From: Pseudomonadota bacterium
Lineage (GTDB): Bacteria; Desulfobacterota; Desulfobacteria; Desulfobacterales; RPRI01
DNA: 64,000 bases
Assembly (NCBI GenBank): GCA_043825875.1
Contig: JBDRRF010000076.1
Location: forward strand, 64,001 to 128,000
Direction of reading: 5' to 3'
Shown in pieces: positions 42,301-51,524 of this stretch; positions within the stretch are counted from its first letter, which is position 1, and each line of letters starts with the position of its first letter. The notes under the pieces are model-generated. The model searched no databases and was not told the origin of the DNA. It was given only the letters and a program-made list of their open reading frames with translations. A program made the translations under genes and the position numbers.

Positions 42301-42476
42301 TCGTGTGAAAGTCCCTGTTTTGCGACCTCTTCCTGTATAGCACTCAATACCTGCTCCGCACCGTATGCCCGACAGCCGGTCATACAAACATGGATCTCGG
42401 TTTTCTCCTTGGCGGTATCCTCCAGAATTTTATTGCGGAGCCATTCCAACTGGCCGATGGATGAGAGCTTCTTCAT
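39345..42476 (-). CDS. NuoF/HydB-like NADH:flavin subunit fused to a GltD/NfnB-type FAD domain
   Basis: Trx-like 2Fe-2S; GRGGAGF, NADEGDPGAFMDR, CGKC.PC; then C...CP, CGRIC..PCE..C, GAGPAG, GGGNVAID, CLRC. Confidence 0.88.
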   Translation of the reverse strand: MKKLSSIGQLEWLRNKILEDTAKEKTEIHVCMTGCRAYGAEQVLSAIQEEVAKQGLSHDVEVRSTGCHGFCAKAPVIAIEPLGIQYQEVDPQDAAEIVGQTLKNNLLIERLAYRDPKTLKPIYYKKQIPFYMKQERRVLANCGRIDPTKIEHYIAAGGYKAIVKALSNMTPESVIEEVKISKLRGRGGAGFYTGIKWGFARQEKSIPKYVICNADEGDPGAFMDRAILEGDPHAVMEGMLVGAYAMGAEYGYIYVREEYPIAVEHLTIALEQMKELGLLGENILGTGFNFQLALKMGAGAFVCGEETALMASIEGKRGMPRPRPPFPAQAGLDAKPTNINNVETWANIPLIIKNGAAWYAQIGTEKSKGTKIFSLAGKVHNTGLVEVPIGATIKDIVFDIGGGIPKGRKFKAVQMGGPAGGCVSAQFLNLPVDYDTIQRIGAIMGSGGMVVLDENNCMVEIARFFLDFTQSESCGKCAPCRLGTTQMLEILTRITQGRGRIEDIDTIKSIGETMAEASLCGLGQACSKPALSTLKYFEKEYLDHIHEHRCAGAVCDSMVISACQHACPAGIDVPNYVAAIAGGKYQQAVDIIREKNPFPAVCGRICIHPCEFKCRRGELDEPVAIRTLKRFAADWYFDNIGSERSQFPVTHEEKVAVIGAGPAGLTCAYFLAQMGYETTVYEAQPLPGGMLGIAVPEFRLPRKVIEAEIKYIENAGVKIFCNYPIDANHTVNDLMKEGFEAVFIASGAQASKRIGVQGEEDGLEGLQYGLTFLSDVRTGKDISLKGKAVIIGGGNVAIDVARTALRLGSEVVQIFCLESRDEMPAWEKDIEEAIDEGIILNPSWSPTRIFHENGKVNGISFTRCISVFNQEGRFSPECDINDTQYVDTDNIIISIGQAPDMSFLPEDSQLERALWGSLVVDENTLSTNVPGVFAGGDFTTGPTYVIRAIASGRRAALAIDKYLSGDSSRISIPDEKTDLAQETGLALEEESAEAKPRVKIEFEEPEDRVKDFREVEKGFSEQEARFEAIRCLRCDLEKEKSEV

Positions 42477-42494
42477 GCTTATACGTCATCCTCC

Positions 42495-42968
42495 TTATTT
42501 TTTGCTATACTGCCCCAACACACTGGTGACTTTGGTGGGGTTTAATTTGCCAAAATAATCCCTGTTCACCATCATGGTGGGCGCCAAAAAACATGCACCA
42601 AGGCAGGCTACCGTTTCAAGGGTGAATTGATAATCAGCGCCGGTCTCACCTTCTTTCAGATTAAGTTCTTTTTGCACATGTCTGAGTATATTCCGGCTTC
42701 CCTTGACATGGCAGGCTGTCCCGCGGCAAACTCTTAGAACAAATCGTCCTTTGGGTTTTAATGAAAAACCGGAATAAAACGTAATCACACCCTGAACCTG
42801 AGTCGGGTACATATTAAGCGCTTCTGCAATAGGTTCAATGGATTCAGGAGGAACATACCCGAAGGTTTCCTGTACTTCCTGAAGTAACGGGATCAAACCC
42901 CATTTTTCATCCTGATGCTTTTCAATAATCTCTGTTAGCTTGTTCCGGTTGATCGGTTCAGGTTCCAT
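42495..42968 (-). CDS. nuoE: NuoE/HydC-like 2Fe-2S subunit
   Basis: TFYS.F, CRGTAC, CLGAC..AP. Confidence 0.88.
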   Translation of the reverse strand: MEPEPINRNKLTEIIEKHQDEKWGLIPLLQEVQETFGYVPPESIEPIAEALNMYPTQVQGVITFYSGFSLKPKGRFVLRVCRGTACHVKGSRNILRHVQKELNLKEGETGADYQFTLETVACLGACFLAPTMMVNRDYFGKLNPTKVTSVLGQYSKK

Positions 42969-43010
42969 TTTTAGTCTTACTCCTTAAAAATTTAATAGAA
43001 TAAAGGGGCC

Positions 43011-43165
43011 AAGGATTCGAGGAGTCAAGGGTTCAAGTGTTTAAAAGTTAATAATCTTGCCGGGGTTGTTATCTTTTCTTTCAACATCCCCGACACCTCT
43101 TTTTTGTTTTGAGTTGATTGTTTATATTTATTTTCCCACTTGAACCCTTGAATCCTTGAATCCTT
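43011..43165. repeat. 29-bp inverted repeat built from tandem octamers
   Basis: AAGGATTCGAGGAGTCAAGGGTTCAAGTG (43011-43039) / CACTTGAACCCTTGAATCCTTGAATCCTT (43137-43165); 2 mismatches. Confidence 0.75.
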
Positions 43166-43166
43166 T

Positions 43167-45839
43167 TTATAGTTTTTCTATTCTGACCTGGCAGAAATCA
43201 ACAGCACTTTTTTCCGCCTGCTTTATTTGTTCAAGATTAACAAGATTCATTACATCATTACTATTTACTGCCATTGGAATAAAAATATGCCCGGCAGGAA
43301 GAGAAGTATTTGTCTTAAATTCTCTTTCAATTGAACCGTATGCTGATTTCACTCTGATTCTTTTATCATCAACTAGCTCAAGCTTGCGACAATCGGATAC
43401 TGAAATCTCGATTTCACCCTTTTTATCATATAAACTGATTCTTTTTGAACGAGATGTTCTTGTTCCACTTCCCAAATGAAAGCGCAAAGTACCAATTCGG
43501 GCCGTTAAAGGATAATTCTCATCTTTTTGCAAAGTACTCTTTGGTGTAACAGAAGAAAATATAAATCGATTCCCGTTTCCGTTAAAAGGTGTTTTGGAAT
43601 CATTATTTTTAATCCAGTCCTGGCGATGATTTCCAAACCCTTCATACATGGGAACAACCCGCCTGATTTCCTGTCTTATTTTTTCTATTGTCTCGTATTG
43701 CTCAGGATATCCCATTTTCTTTGCCAAAAGGGAAAGAATCTGCCAATCCGCCTTTGCCTCACCCGGTGGTGATACCACTGCCGCAAATGTCTGGATACGA
43801 CCTTCCATATTGGTAAATGACCCGCTTTTTTCAGCAAATAAAGCCGCAGGAAGAATTACATCGGCAAGTTTTGCTAAGCGATTGTTTAATATGTCCTGGA
43901 CAACTATAAATTCTAATTTGCCAAGAGCAGCTTCTACCCTTTTTGGCTGGGGAAGTGCTCTTATAAGATTTTCTCCCATAATATATGCAGCTTTTAGTTG
44001 TCCGCTCTCAGCCGCTTCGATAAAGCCTGCCATGTCAAGCCCTGGTTCTAAAGGAAGTTTTACTTGCCACTTGTTTTCAAGTATTTTCCTGTTTTCATCA
44101 ATACCAAGAAAGCGTCGCCCTGGAAGAAAATCCGGAACAACACCCATATCAAAAGCACCTACCTGATTATTTTCTTCAACCGGAATATAAAAACCGCATC
44201 CTTTCTTACCAATACTTCCGGCAAGAAGACCCAGATTATACAAAGCATCAACAGTTCTCATGCCTTCCGGATTATGCAAAATATCAGGCCCGATAACAAA
44301 AGCGATATTTTTGCCTTTAATCGAATCTGCCGTTTTTTCCAAATCCTGATACTTTATCCCGTTTTGCCTTAATATCTTGTTATCATCCAATGCATTCAGG
44401 CTTTCGGCAAACGAGTCGAATCCTTCCGCATAACGGCCAACAAAATCCTTATCATAAGCTTTTTCTTTTAATATTATTTTAGATATTACATTTATCAAAT
44501 CAGCGTTTGATGCATCCAAGTGTTCAGGCGGTGAAGAACGTATCCATTGTTTGGCCAATGCAGAAAGATCGCTGCGTTCTGAATCCATAACAATCATAAA
44601 TGATCCGTTTCCGGCAGCTCTTTTGAGATGATAACCTGCAACCGGCACCGTATGATCGCAATCAACATTTACTGCAAAAATAACCTGGGCTTTTTTTAAA
44701 TCAGACAGCGGCGTAACCCGGCATGTTCCATATGTCTTTTTTTCAATATATGACAAAAGCATTTGTCCTGGTACATAACCGCCGTTTATCAGGTTAGAGG
44801 TTTGAAAAATTACACGGGCGATTTTCTGGAATAAATAATTTTCCTCATTGGAGCATTTTGATGATCCAATAAATGCGATGCTTTGCGGGCCGTGTTTTCT
44901 TTTGATTTCGGAAAGCTTTGCAGCAACAGTTTCCATTGCATTGTCCCAGGAAACTTTTACTTGCACATTTTTAAAATCTTCGTCTTTTTTTCTGATCATG
45001 GGGTGAGTGAGTCTGTCCGGCGAGTTGATATAATCGTTTGAAAAGTGACCTCTCACACAAAGAGTTACACCATTAACCGTTTGCTTATAATGCGACGGAT
45101 TAACTTCAACTATTTGCCCACCGGATACTCCTATGGTAAGAGAGCATCCTGCTCCGCAGAATCCGCAGATGGAATCATTTTCTCTTTCGGGCGTGCCTGC
45201 ATGGTGAAAGTATTTTGGCGCCAATGCGCCGGTAGGACATACGGAAACACATGTACCGCAAAATGTGCAATTGGAATTTTCTAAAAAAGTTTCATGAACC
45301 GTTGCGGGTCTTGATCTAAAACCACGGTTGTTATAGTCAATAGCTCCGGTGACTACAAGTTCGTGATCCGCACGGATGCATTTACCGCAAAGAATGCATT
45401 TGCTTAAATCCCTTGTTATGAAAGGGTTGATCTGCTCAAAGGGTTTGTAATTCGGCATTTTGTAAAGGCCATGCTCAGCCACACCTAATTTAGCTGCGAT
45501 TTTTCTAAGCTCACAGCGATTACCCTTACTACAGACAATACATGATTCAGGATGCTCTGCCATCATAAGGCGCACAATATTTCGGCGATGATTTAAAATA
45601 CGGGGGGTATCGGTTAGTATTACCATATCCTGCATTGCAGGAGTTACACATGAAGCCATTAAACGGCCGGATTTTTTATCTTCAACAAGACATATCCGGC
45701 AGGCCCCATATGGTTTAAGATCCGGATGAAAACACAGTGTGGGAATATAAATGCCATTTTGGGTTGCAGCTGTCAGGATGGTAGTTCCGGCATTACACGT
45801 AATCTTTTGATCATTGATATTGAACAAAATGTTTTCCAC
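43167..45839 (-). CDS. NuoG/FdhA-like molybdopterin-oxidoreductase-fold Fe-S subunit
   Basis: 2Fe-2S, H...C..C.....C, two 4Fe-4S motifs, CGFCGAGC...C.RG; no ARxC/UH ligand motif. Confidence 0.85.
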   Translation of the reverse strand: MENILFNINDQKITCNAGTTILTAATQNGIYIPTLCFHPDLKPYGACRICLVEDKKSGRLMASCVTPAMQDMVILTDTPRILNHRRNIVRLMMAEHPESCIVCSKGNRCELRKIAAKLGVAEHGLYKMPNYKPFEQINPFITRDLSKCILCGKCIRADHELVVTGAIDYNNRGFRSRPATVHETFLENSNCTFCGTCVSVCPTGALAPKYFHHAGTPERENDSICGFCGAGCSLTIGVSGGQIVEVNPSHYKQTVNGVTLCVRGHFSNDYINSPDRLTHPMIRKKDEDFKNVQVKVSWDNAMETVAAKLSEIKRKHGPQSIAFIGSSKCSNEENYLFQKIARVIFQTSNLINGGYVPGQMLLSYIEKKTYGTCRVTPLSDLKKAQVIFAVNVDCDHTVPVAGYHLKRAAGNGSFMIVMDSERSDLSALAKQWIRSSPPEHLDASNADLINVISKIILKEKAYDKDFVGRYAEGFDSFAESLNALDDNKILRQNGIKYQDLEKTADSIKGKNIAFVIGPDILHNPEGMRTVDALYNLGLLAGSIGKKGCGFYIPVEENNQVGAFDMGVVPDFLPGRRFLGIDENRKILENKWQVKLPLEPGLDMAGFIEAAESGQLKAAYIMGENLIRALPQPKRVEAALGKLEFIVVQDILNNRLAKLADVILPAALFAEKSGSFTNMEGRIQTFAAVVSPPGEAKADWQILSLLAKKMGYPEQYETIEKIRQEIRRVVPMYEGFGNHRQDWIKNNDSKTPFNGNGNRFIFSSVTPKSTLQKDENYPLTARIGTLRFHLGSGTRTSRSKRISLYDKKGEIEISVSDCRKLELVDDKRIRVKSAYGSIEREFKTNTSLPAGHIFIPMAVNSNDVMNLVNLEQIKQAEKSAVDFCQVRIEKL

Positions 45840-45871
45840 GATAAGCTCCTTTGGGCAAAATAAAGAAGTAT

Positions 45872-46747
45872 TTATTTTAAGCCGGCAGCATCAAAATATT
45901 TCCTCAACTTATCTTCCCCACCTATTGTAATAATATGCACGCCCTGGCAAAGCTGCTTTAAGCCTTTAATCGTATCCGAAAACAATTCTATGCTTGCTTG
46001 TTCTTTATCTGCTGCTTCGGAAAGTTTTCTTATCATCCATTCAGGCACTAATCCTGGCTTCATATGACGGTTTAAAAACTTTGCCATTCCTGCCGTACGT
46101 ATTATCAATACTTCAGCAATAACCGGGATCCCGAATGTATTCGTACGACCAAGAAATTTCTCAAAATGATCAAGATCAAATACCGGCGTAGTTAGAAAAT
46201 AACCCGTTCCAATTTGAATCATTTCTTCCATTTCTTTCATTTCAAGATCGGGAACATTTTTACCCCAAGCCGACTCCACACCTGATCCCATAAAAAATTC
46301 CGCACTGGCAGATAGTTCTTTTCCTTCTAAAGTTTGGCCCTTTCGCAGATGTTCAAGAACGGATTGCAACTTACCGGCATCCACATGGAAAAACATCATT
46401 TCATTAAGACTGTCGCCGGTAATACGGTAATCTTCAGTAAATACCAACAGATTATCTATACTGGATTCATGTGCATGCAGGAGGTCTTGTTGAAGCTGAA
46501 GTCGATCCTTATTTCTGGTAGTAGTTTGATATATGGGTTCAAAACGATTGTGTTTGAGGACATCACAAGCATTAATGCTATCAACGGCAACACCTTCAAA
46601 ATCAATCTCTGACAGTGATACGCCATCTACGCGGCCTCTGACAAGCTTCAGGCTTTCGATAAGTTCATTCGGATCCTTATCCATAGGGGACTGAAATTCA
46701 GAAGTCACAACAAAATCTTTTCGCTGAAGAGCTTCTTTAAGCTTCAT
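45872..46747 (-). CDS. Divergent MTHFR-family paralogue
   Basis: FVVTSE, Q.TTRNKDRLQLQ, G.GYF.T.PVFD, GVHI align with the MetF at 37774. Confidence 0.75.
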   Translation of the reverse strand: MKLKEALQRKDFVVTSEFQSPMDKDPNELIESLKLVRGRVDGVSLSEIDFEGVAVDSINACDVLKHNRFEPIYQTTTRNKDRLQLQQDLLHAHESSIDNLLVFTEDYRITGDSLNEMMFFHVDAGKLQSVLEHLRKGQTLEGKELSASAEFFMGSGVESAWGKNVPDLEMKEMEEMIQIGTGYFLTTPVFDLDHFEKFLGRTNTFGIPVIAEVLIIRTAGMAKFLNRHMKPGLVPEWMIRKLSEAADKEQASIELFSDTIKGLKQLCQGVHIITIGGEDKLRKYFDAAGLK

Positions 46748-46785
46748 TCGTACCTCCCTGGCATTAAGAATACTACACCATATTC

Positions 46786-47355
46786 TTACGATCCAAGCAA
46801 TCGTGCTACTTCGGTTTTTAATTGAGCAAGAGGAAAAGGTTTGGAAAAGCAGACATCGGCACCGTATTTTTTCATCTGATTAAATTTTTCTTCATCAAGA
46901 TATGCTGACAAAACTATAATTTTGGTATTTTTAGTTTCGTCATTACTCTTTATCGTTTTGCATACCTCATTTCCCTTAATATCAGGCATCATGATATCAA
47001 GAATTAAGAGATGAGGCTTAAAATGATTGACCTGGAGACCTGCCTCAAATCCGTCAGATGCAGAGATAACCTCATAGTCATTTTCATCTTCTTCCAGCGA
47101 TTGTACAATTGATTCAACAATTATGGGATCATCATCAACCACAAGAATTCTTTTGCGGGTATCTTTTGTCTCTTTTTCAGGAATCGGAATTCCTTGTTTT
47201 AGCATAAATGTTTCAAGGTCATTTATGCTGATACGGCGATGTCCTCCCGGAGTTTTATAAGCCTTGAAATATCCTGCATCGATCCAGTTTATAATGGTTT
47301 TAGATGATACTCTGCAATACTGGCCAGCTTGATATACTGTGAATATGTCATCCAT
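46786..47355 (-). CDS. Response regulator with an N-terminal excisionase-like HTH
   Basis: VSSKTIINWID.G...AYKTPGGHRRI followed by a receiver domain. Confidence 0.88.
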   Translation of the reverse strand: MDDIFTVYQAGQYCRVSSKTIINWIDAGYFKAYKTPGGHRRISINDLETFMLKQGIPIPEKETKDTRKRILVVDDDPIIVESIVQSLEEDENDYEVISASDGFEAGLQVNHFKPHLLILDIMMPDIKGNEVCKTIKSNDETKNTKIIVLSAYLDEEKFNQMKKYGADVCFSKPFPLAQLKTEVARLLGS

Positions 47356-47616
47356 ATCGGGACTCCTTTTTTTGCAAGATCTTTGCCCCTTGGAATACTC
47401 TGTTGAAATGGAGTGAAGAAGTTCAAATTAAAGCTTTTTGATTATTATATTAATTGCAGAATTATATCTTTGTCAAGATATATTTATAAAATAAATCATA
47501 AATATATATATTATAATGATTTATATATTAATTTTTTAACAATAAGTAACCAGCTGGATACTTACAAAGTTCCTATATTTTATTTATTATAGTTATTATA
47601 GTTTATATGGTTCATC

Positions 47617-49443
47617 TTAGTCCTGTTTTACAGGCAGTAAAATTGTAAACTCAGCTCCTTCGCCGGGGGCGCTTTTTACCTTTATATCACCGCCATGATC
47701 TTGTATAAACCCATAGCAAACGGATAACCCAAGCCCGACCCCTTTTACGCTGGGCTTTGTAGTAAAAAAACTGTCAAATATTTTATCAATATTTTCTTCC
47801 AAAATTCCGCCACCGGTATCTGTAAACCGTATGTTAACAAATCCATTTGACTCAAAAGTCTTAACTGTAAATGTACCACCATCTATCATTGCATCCTTTG
47901 CATTTGAAACCATGTTTAAAAAAACCTGACGTAACTGGTTAGTTGATGCTATTACTTTATTTATTTTATTATCGAATTCCGTCTTTATTTTTATGCTGTT
48001 TTCCTGGAATTGTTTCTCATAAAGCATCATTATTTCATCTAATATAACATTTACATCCACAGGTTTCTTTTCCTCATACTCGGGCTTTGAAAAAGACAGC
48101 ATTTTGCGAAGCATTTCTGCAAGCCGGACAATTTCTGAAAGTGACATATCCAGCAATTTTCGTCTTTTATTTTCAGGCGAAATTTCCGTTTTTAACAATT
48201 CAAGTGTATTCATAATTCCATAAAGAGGATTATTAAGCTCATGTGCTATCTGTGATGTAAGGCGTCCCATTGCCGCCAGTTTTTCCGACTGCAAGAGTTG
48301 TTCGCGTGTATCTCTTAGCGTGTGCTCCATCTCAATCCGTTCGGTAATATCAACAAATGACCCTACTGATGTAACCTCATTACCATTATCATCATAAATC
48401 ATGGCAGCAGACAAATTGCCCTCAATAGTCTTTCCATCCTTACGCACATAATGCACGGGTTGAGAACGGAACATGCCAACACCGCCATGTTCAGGGCTGC
48501 GTATCATCTTCATGATTTTATGTGCCATGCCTTCAGGATAAATTTTACTTATATTCATTTTACCTATTACTTCGCTGGCCGGATATCCAAGCATGTCTTC
48601 TGCTGCCCGATTCCAGATAATAATATTGCCCTTAATATCGGCAGCCATAATTGCATCAGGTGAATTTTGAATAATCTTGTTCATAAAATCCCGTGCTTCT
48701 TTAAGCCTTCTTTCCATCTCATACCGGTGGGATTGGTCAACAACTATTCCCTCATAGCCTACGATATTGCCATTAAGGTCATACCGGACATGGCTTGTCA
48801 TCAAAACCGGAATGGAGCTTTTATCTTTTCGCTTAAAAATTGCCGCATAATCTATAACACGCCCATCTCTTTCTATCATTTTCTGAAACTCTCGCCTATC
48901 ATCAGGGTGAGTATAAAGATCAGTAATGATATTTATTTTTAAGAATTCTTCTTTGCTTGAATATCCCAGCATATCGAGTATACCCTGATTTACATCAATA
49001 AACTTACCATCCTTTGTGCTGATATAAACACCAACTCCTACATGCTCAAACAAATTACGGTAGTCTTCAACGGATGCTTTTAATATGGCTTCATGCTGTT
49101 TACGGTAAGTAATATCCCGATAGATAAATATGCTTGAAAACGTACTATCTGAATTTTCCAATGATATTTTCTTTACCATAAAAGTTTTATCAATTTTTGG
49201 AATATAAAGCTCCTGCTGAAACTCTTCTTCGTTTAAAGTTCGGTCCTGACCTTTCACAGTGCACCATGGACAGATATCATTACTGTCATTAATTATCTTA
49301 TAACATTTTTTGCCAACACCTTTACCAAACATACGAATCATGCTCAGATTCATAAACTCTATTTTAAAATCCTGGGCAATTACATAAATTCCGTCTTCCA
49401 GATTATCAAGAATTGCATTTAACTTCTGCTTTTCGTAATCCAT
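47617..49443 (-). CDS. Multi-PAS cytoplasmic histidine kinase
   Basis: Three PAS domains; IAHELNNPL, NAKDAM, G.GLGL. Confidence 0.9.
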   Translation of the reverse strand: MDYEKQKLNAILDNLEDGIYVIAQDFKIEFMNLSMIRMFGKGVGKKCYKIINDSNDICPWCTVKGQDRTLNEEEFQQELYIPKIDKTFMVKKISLENSDSTFSSIFIYRDITYRKQHEAILKASVEDYRNLFEHVGVGVYISTKDGKFIDVNQGILDMLGYSSKEEFLKINIITDLYTHPDDRREFQKMIERDGRVIDYAAIFKRKDKSSIPVLMTSHVRYDLNGNIVGYEGIVVDQSHRYEMERRLKEARDFMNKIIQNSPDAIMAADIKGNIIIWNRAAEDMLGYPASEVIGKMNISKIYPEGMAHKIMKMIRSPEHGGVGMFRSQPVHYVRKDGKTIEGNLSAAMIYDDNGNEVTSVGSFVDITERIEMEHTLRDTREQLLQSEKLAAMGRLTSQIAHELNNPLYGIMNTLELLKTEISPENKRRKLLDMSLSEIVRLAEMLRKMLSFSKPEYEEKKPVDVNVILDEIMMLYEKQFQENSIKIKTEFDNKINKVIASTNQLRQVFLNMVSNAKDAMIDGGTFTVKTFESNGFVNIRFTDTGGGILEENIDKIFDSFFTTKPSVKGVGLGLSVCYGFIQDHGGDIKVKSAPGEGAEFTILLPVKQD

Positions 49444-49507
49444 GTTTTTCCTTTAAGATAAGTATATAAATAATTGATGGCCAATGTTATATAAAGCTTT
49501 CCATTTC

Positions 49508-49536
49508 TTGACATTATAGTATCATACCAGTATATC
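49508..49536 (+). promoter_or_regulatory. Candidate sigma-70 promoter for the KamA-family gene
   Basis: TTGACA-17 bp-TATATC. Confidence 0.4.
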
Positions 49537-49707
49537 TTAACATAGAATATGTTATTTGCAATTTCCGTTCAATAGCAATATGAATATTAATTACCATTTA
49601 TTCTTCATCTTTTTTTGATAAGCTTATTATTAAATTAATTTTTCTCACTTCAAGGCTTATAATGATGAAAGATGAAATATCCCTGATTATATTTTAAGGA
49701 TACAAAA

Positions 49708-51504
49708 ATGATTGATATCAGTAAATATTGTCCTGAATATTTGTTGTCGGCTATTCCACAACCTTTTGAAATTGCAAAAAAGGCCGCAACACTTGATGAA
49801 TTCAGGCTTGAAATAGCCGATTATGTTCATACTATGCATTATGAAATGTTTGATGATGATGATTTATCAAGCGAAAGCAGAATTATTCGCGTCAGGGATT
49901 GTGCACGAGCCATCAACAGGGCATTTATTCGTCAGTCGGAAGAAAAAGCACAATTTTCCATATCCCAGGCAATTTCTGATATAGCCCATAAAGTTCCGCG
50001 ACCTGATCTTTCTCCGGCATTTTATGCTGAAATACTTAATTTGTTTTTGGGTTTGCAAGGAAAAGGGCCTGCTCCTCGTTTTGCAGATTCGTATCTGGAA
50101 CCCAGCCACCTTGAAGGACGTGAAGCTGCTCTTGAGCGAAGCGATCAACTGGATGCTCTTTCTGTGGAAATGTACAGACAAACAAGCAAATACACGGATG
50201 GCTTAAACGAAGATTCAGTTAATCGCCGCAGTATGCGCAAAAATCATATTCTTCAAAAACTCGGAGCAACGCCTGAAAACTGGTATGACTGGCGCTGGCA
50301 GTTTCAAAATGTTTTACGTGATGTTAACCAGATTAAAAATCTTTTAAATCTGACTCCGGATGAAGCTGCTGCTATTGAAAAAGTAAGAAAAAATAAAATA
50401 CCTTTTGGTATTACTCCCTATTATCTTTCTCTTATGGATGATGACCCTGATTCGGGAAGAGACCGCTCCATCCGGGCCCAGGTTATTCCACCTTCAACAT
50501 ATATAGAACAGCTTGCATTAAGAGATGATAAAGATAAATCCTGCTTTGATTTTATGTGTGAAAGTGATACATCTCCTATAGATCTTATAACCCGCAGATA
50601 TCCGGAAATCTGCATTTTTAAACCTTTTAATACATGCCCTCAAATCTGTGTTTATTGCCAGAGAAACTGGGAAATCGAAGATGCAATGATGCCGGGCGCT
50701 TTGGCTTCAGATCAAAAAATTATGGAAGCAGTATCATGGATTAAAGCACATCCGGCCATCCAAGAAGTTCTGATTACCGGCGGTGATCCTTTTGGAATGA
50801 ATGATTATGATATAGACCGTATAATTTCATTGATAGCAGACATACCTTCAGTTGAACGAATTCGTATAGGCACCAGAACATTGGTAACAGCTCCCATGCG
50901 GCTTACGGAAACACTTGCGGATATTCTGGCCAAATACCGGATTCCAGGAAAAAGGCAGATTGCCGTTGTTACTCATGTACAGCACGCATATGAGCTTACT
51001 CCTGAAACACTTGCAGCAATTGAAAAACTAAAAACCAGGGGTATCCCGGTTTTTAACCAGCTAGTATATACATTTTATGTTTCAAGGCGTTTTGAAGCAG
51101 CATTTTTAAGAAAAACTCTTACCAATTGTGGCATAGAACCATATTATACTTTCAACACCAAGGGCAAGGAAGAAACTATTGAATACAGGGTGCCGATAGC
51201 ACGCCTGCTTCAGGAACAAAAAGAAGAGACACGTTTGTTTCCAGGCCTTGTCCGAACGGATGAAGCAGTTTATAATGTGCCGGGCATGGGCAAGAACTAC
51301 CTTAGGGCTGTTCAGCATCGCGATCTTCTTTCCGTACTGCCGGACGGCTCACGCCTTTATCAATTTCATCCATGGGAAAAAAATATTACGAAAACACTTT
51401 CAACTTACATAGGACAGGATGTACCTATTCTTGACTATCTTTGCAGGCTTGAAGATGTTGGCGAAGATCCGGATAATTACAACACAATCTGGTATTATTT
51501 TTGA
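49708..51504 (+). CDS. KamA-family radical SAM protein (long form)
   Basis: W.DW.WQ, ITPYY, CPQICVYCQR, ITGGDP, RIGTR, PGMGK. Confidence 0.88.
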   Translation: MIDISKYCPEYLLSAIPQPFEIAKKAATLDEFRLEIADYVHTMHYEMFDDDDLSSESRIIRVRDCARAINRAFIRQSEEKAQFSISQAISDIAHKVPRPDLSPAFYAEILNLFLGLQGKGPAPRFADSYLEPSHLEGREAALERSDQLDALSVEMYRQTSKYTDGLNEDSVNRRSMRKNHILQKLGATPENWYDWRWQFQNVLRDVNQIKNLLNLTPDEAAAIEKVRKNKIPFGITPYYLSLMDDDPDSGRDRSIRAQVIPPSTYIEQLALRDDKDKSCFDFMCESDTSPIDLITRRYPEICIFKPFNTCPQICVYCQRNWEIEDAMMPGALASDQKIMEAVSWIKAHPAIQEVLITGGDPFGMNDYDIDRIISLIADIPSVERIRIGTRTLVTAPMRLTETLADILAKYRIPGKRQIAVVTHVQHAYELTPETLAAIEKLKTRGIPVFNQLVYTFYVSRRFEAAFLRKTLTNCGIEPYYTFNTKGKEETIEYRVPIARLLQEQKEETRLFPGLVRTDEAVYNVPGMGKNYLRAVQHRDLLSVLPDGSRLYQFHPWEKNITKTLSTYIGQDVPILDYLCRLEDVGEDPDNYNTIWYYF

Positions 51505-51524
51505 CCGGTCTTTTCACAAGTCCA

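Noticed and set aside
43167..45839. Selenocysteine formate dehydrogenase
   Set aside because: No in-frame TGA and no Cys/Sec ligand motif.
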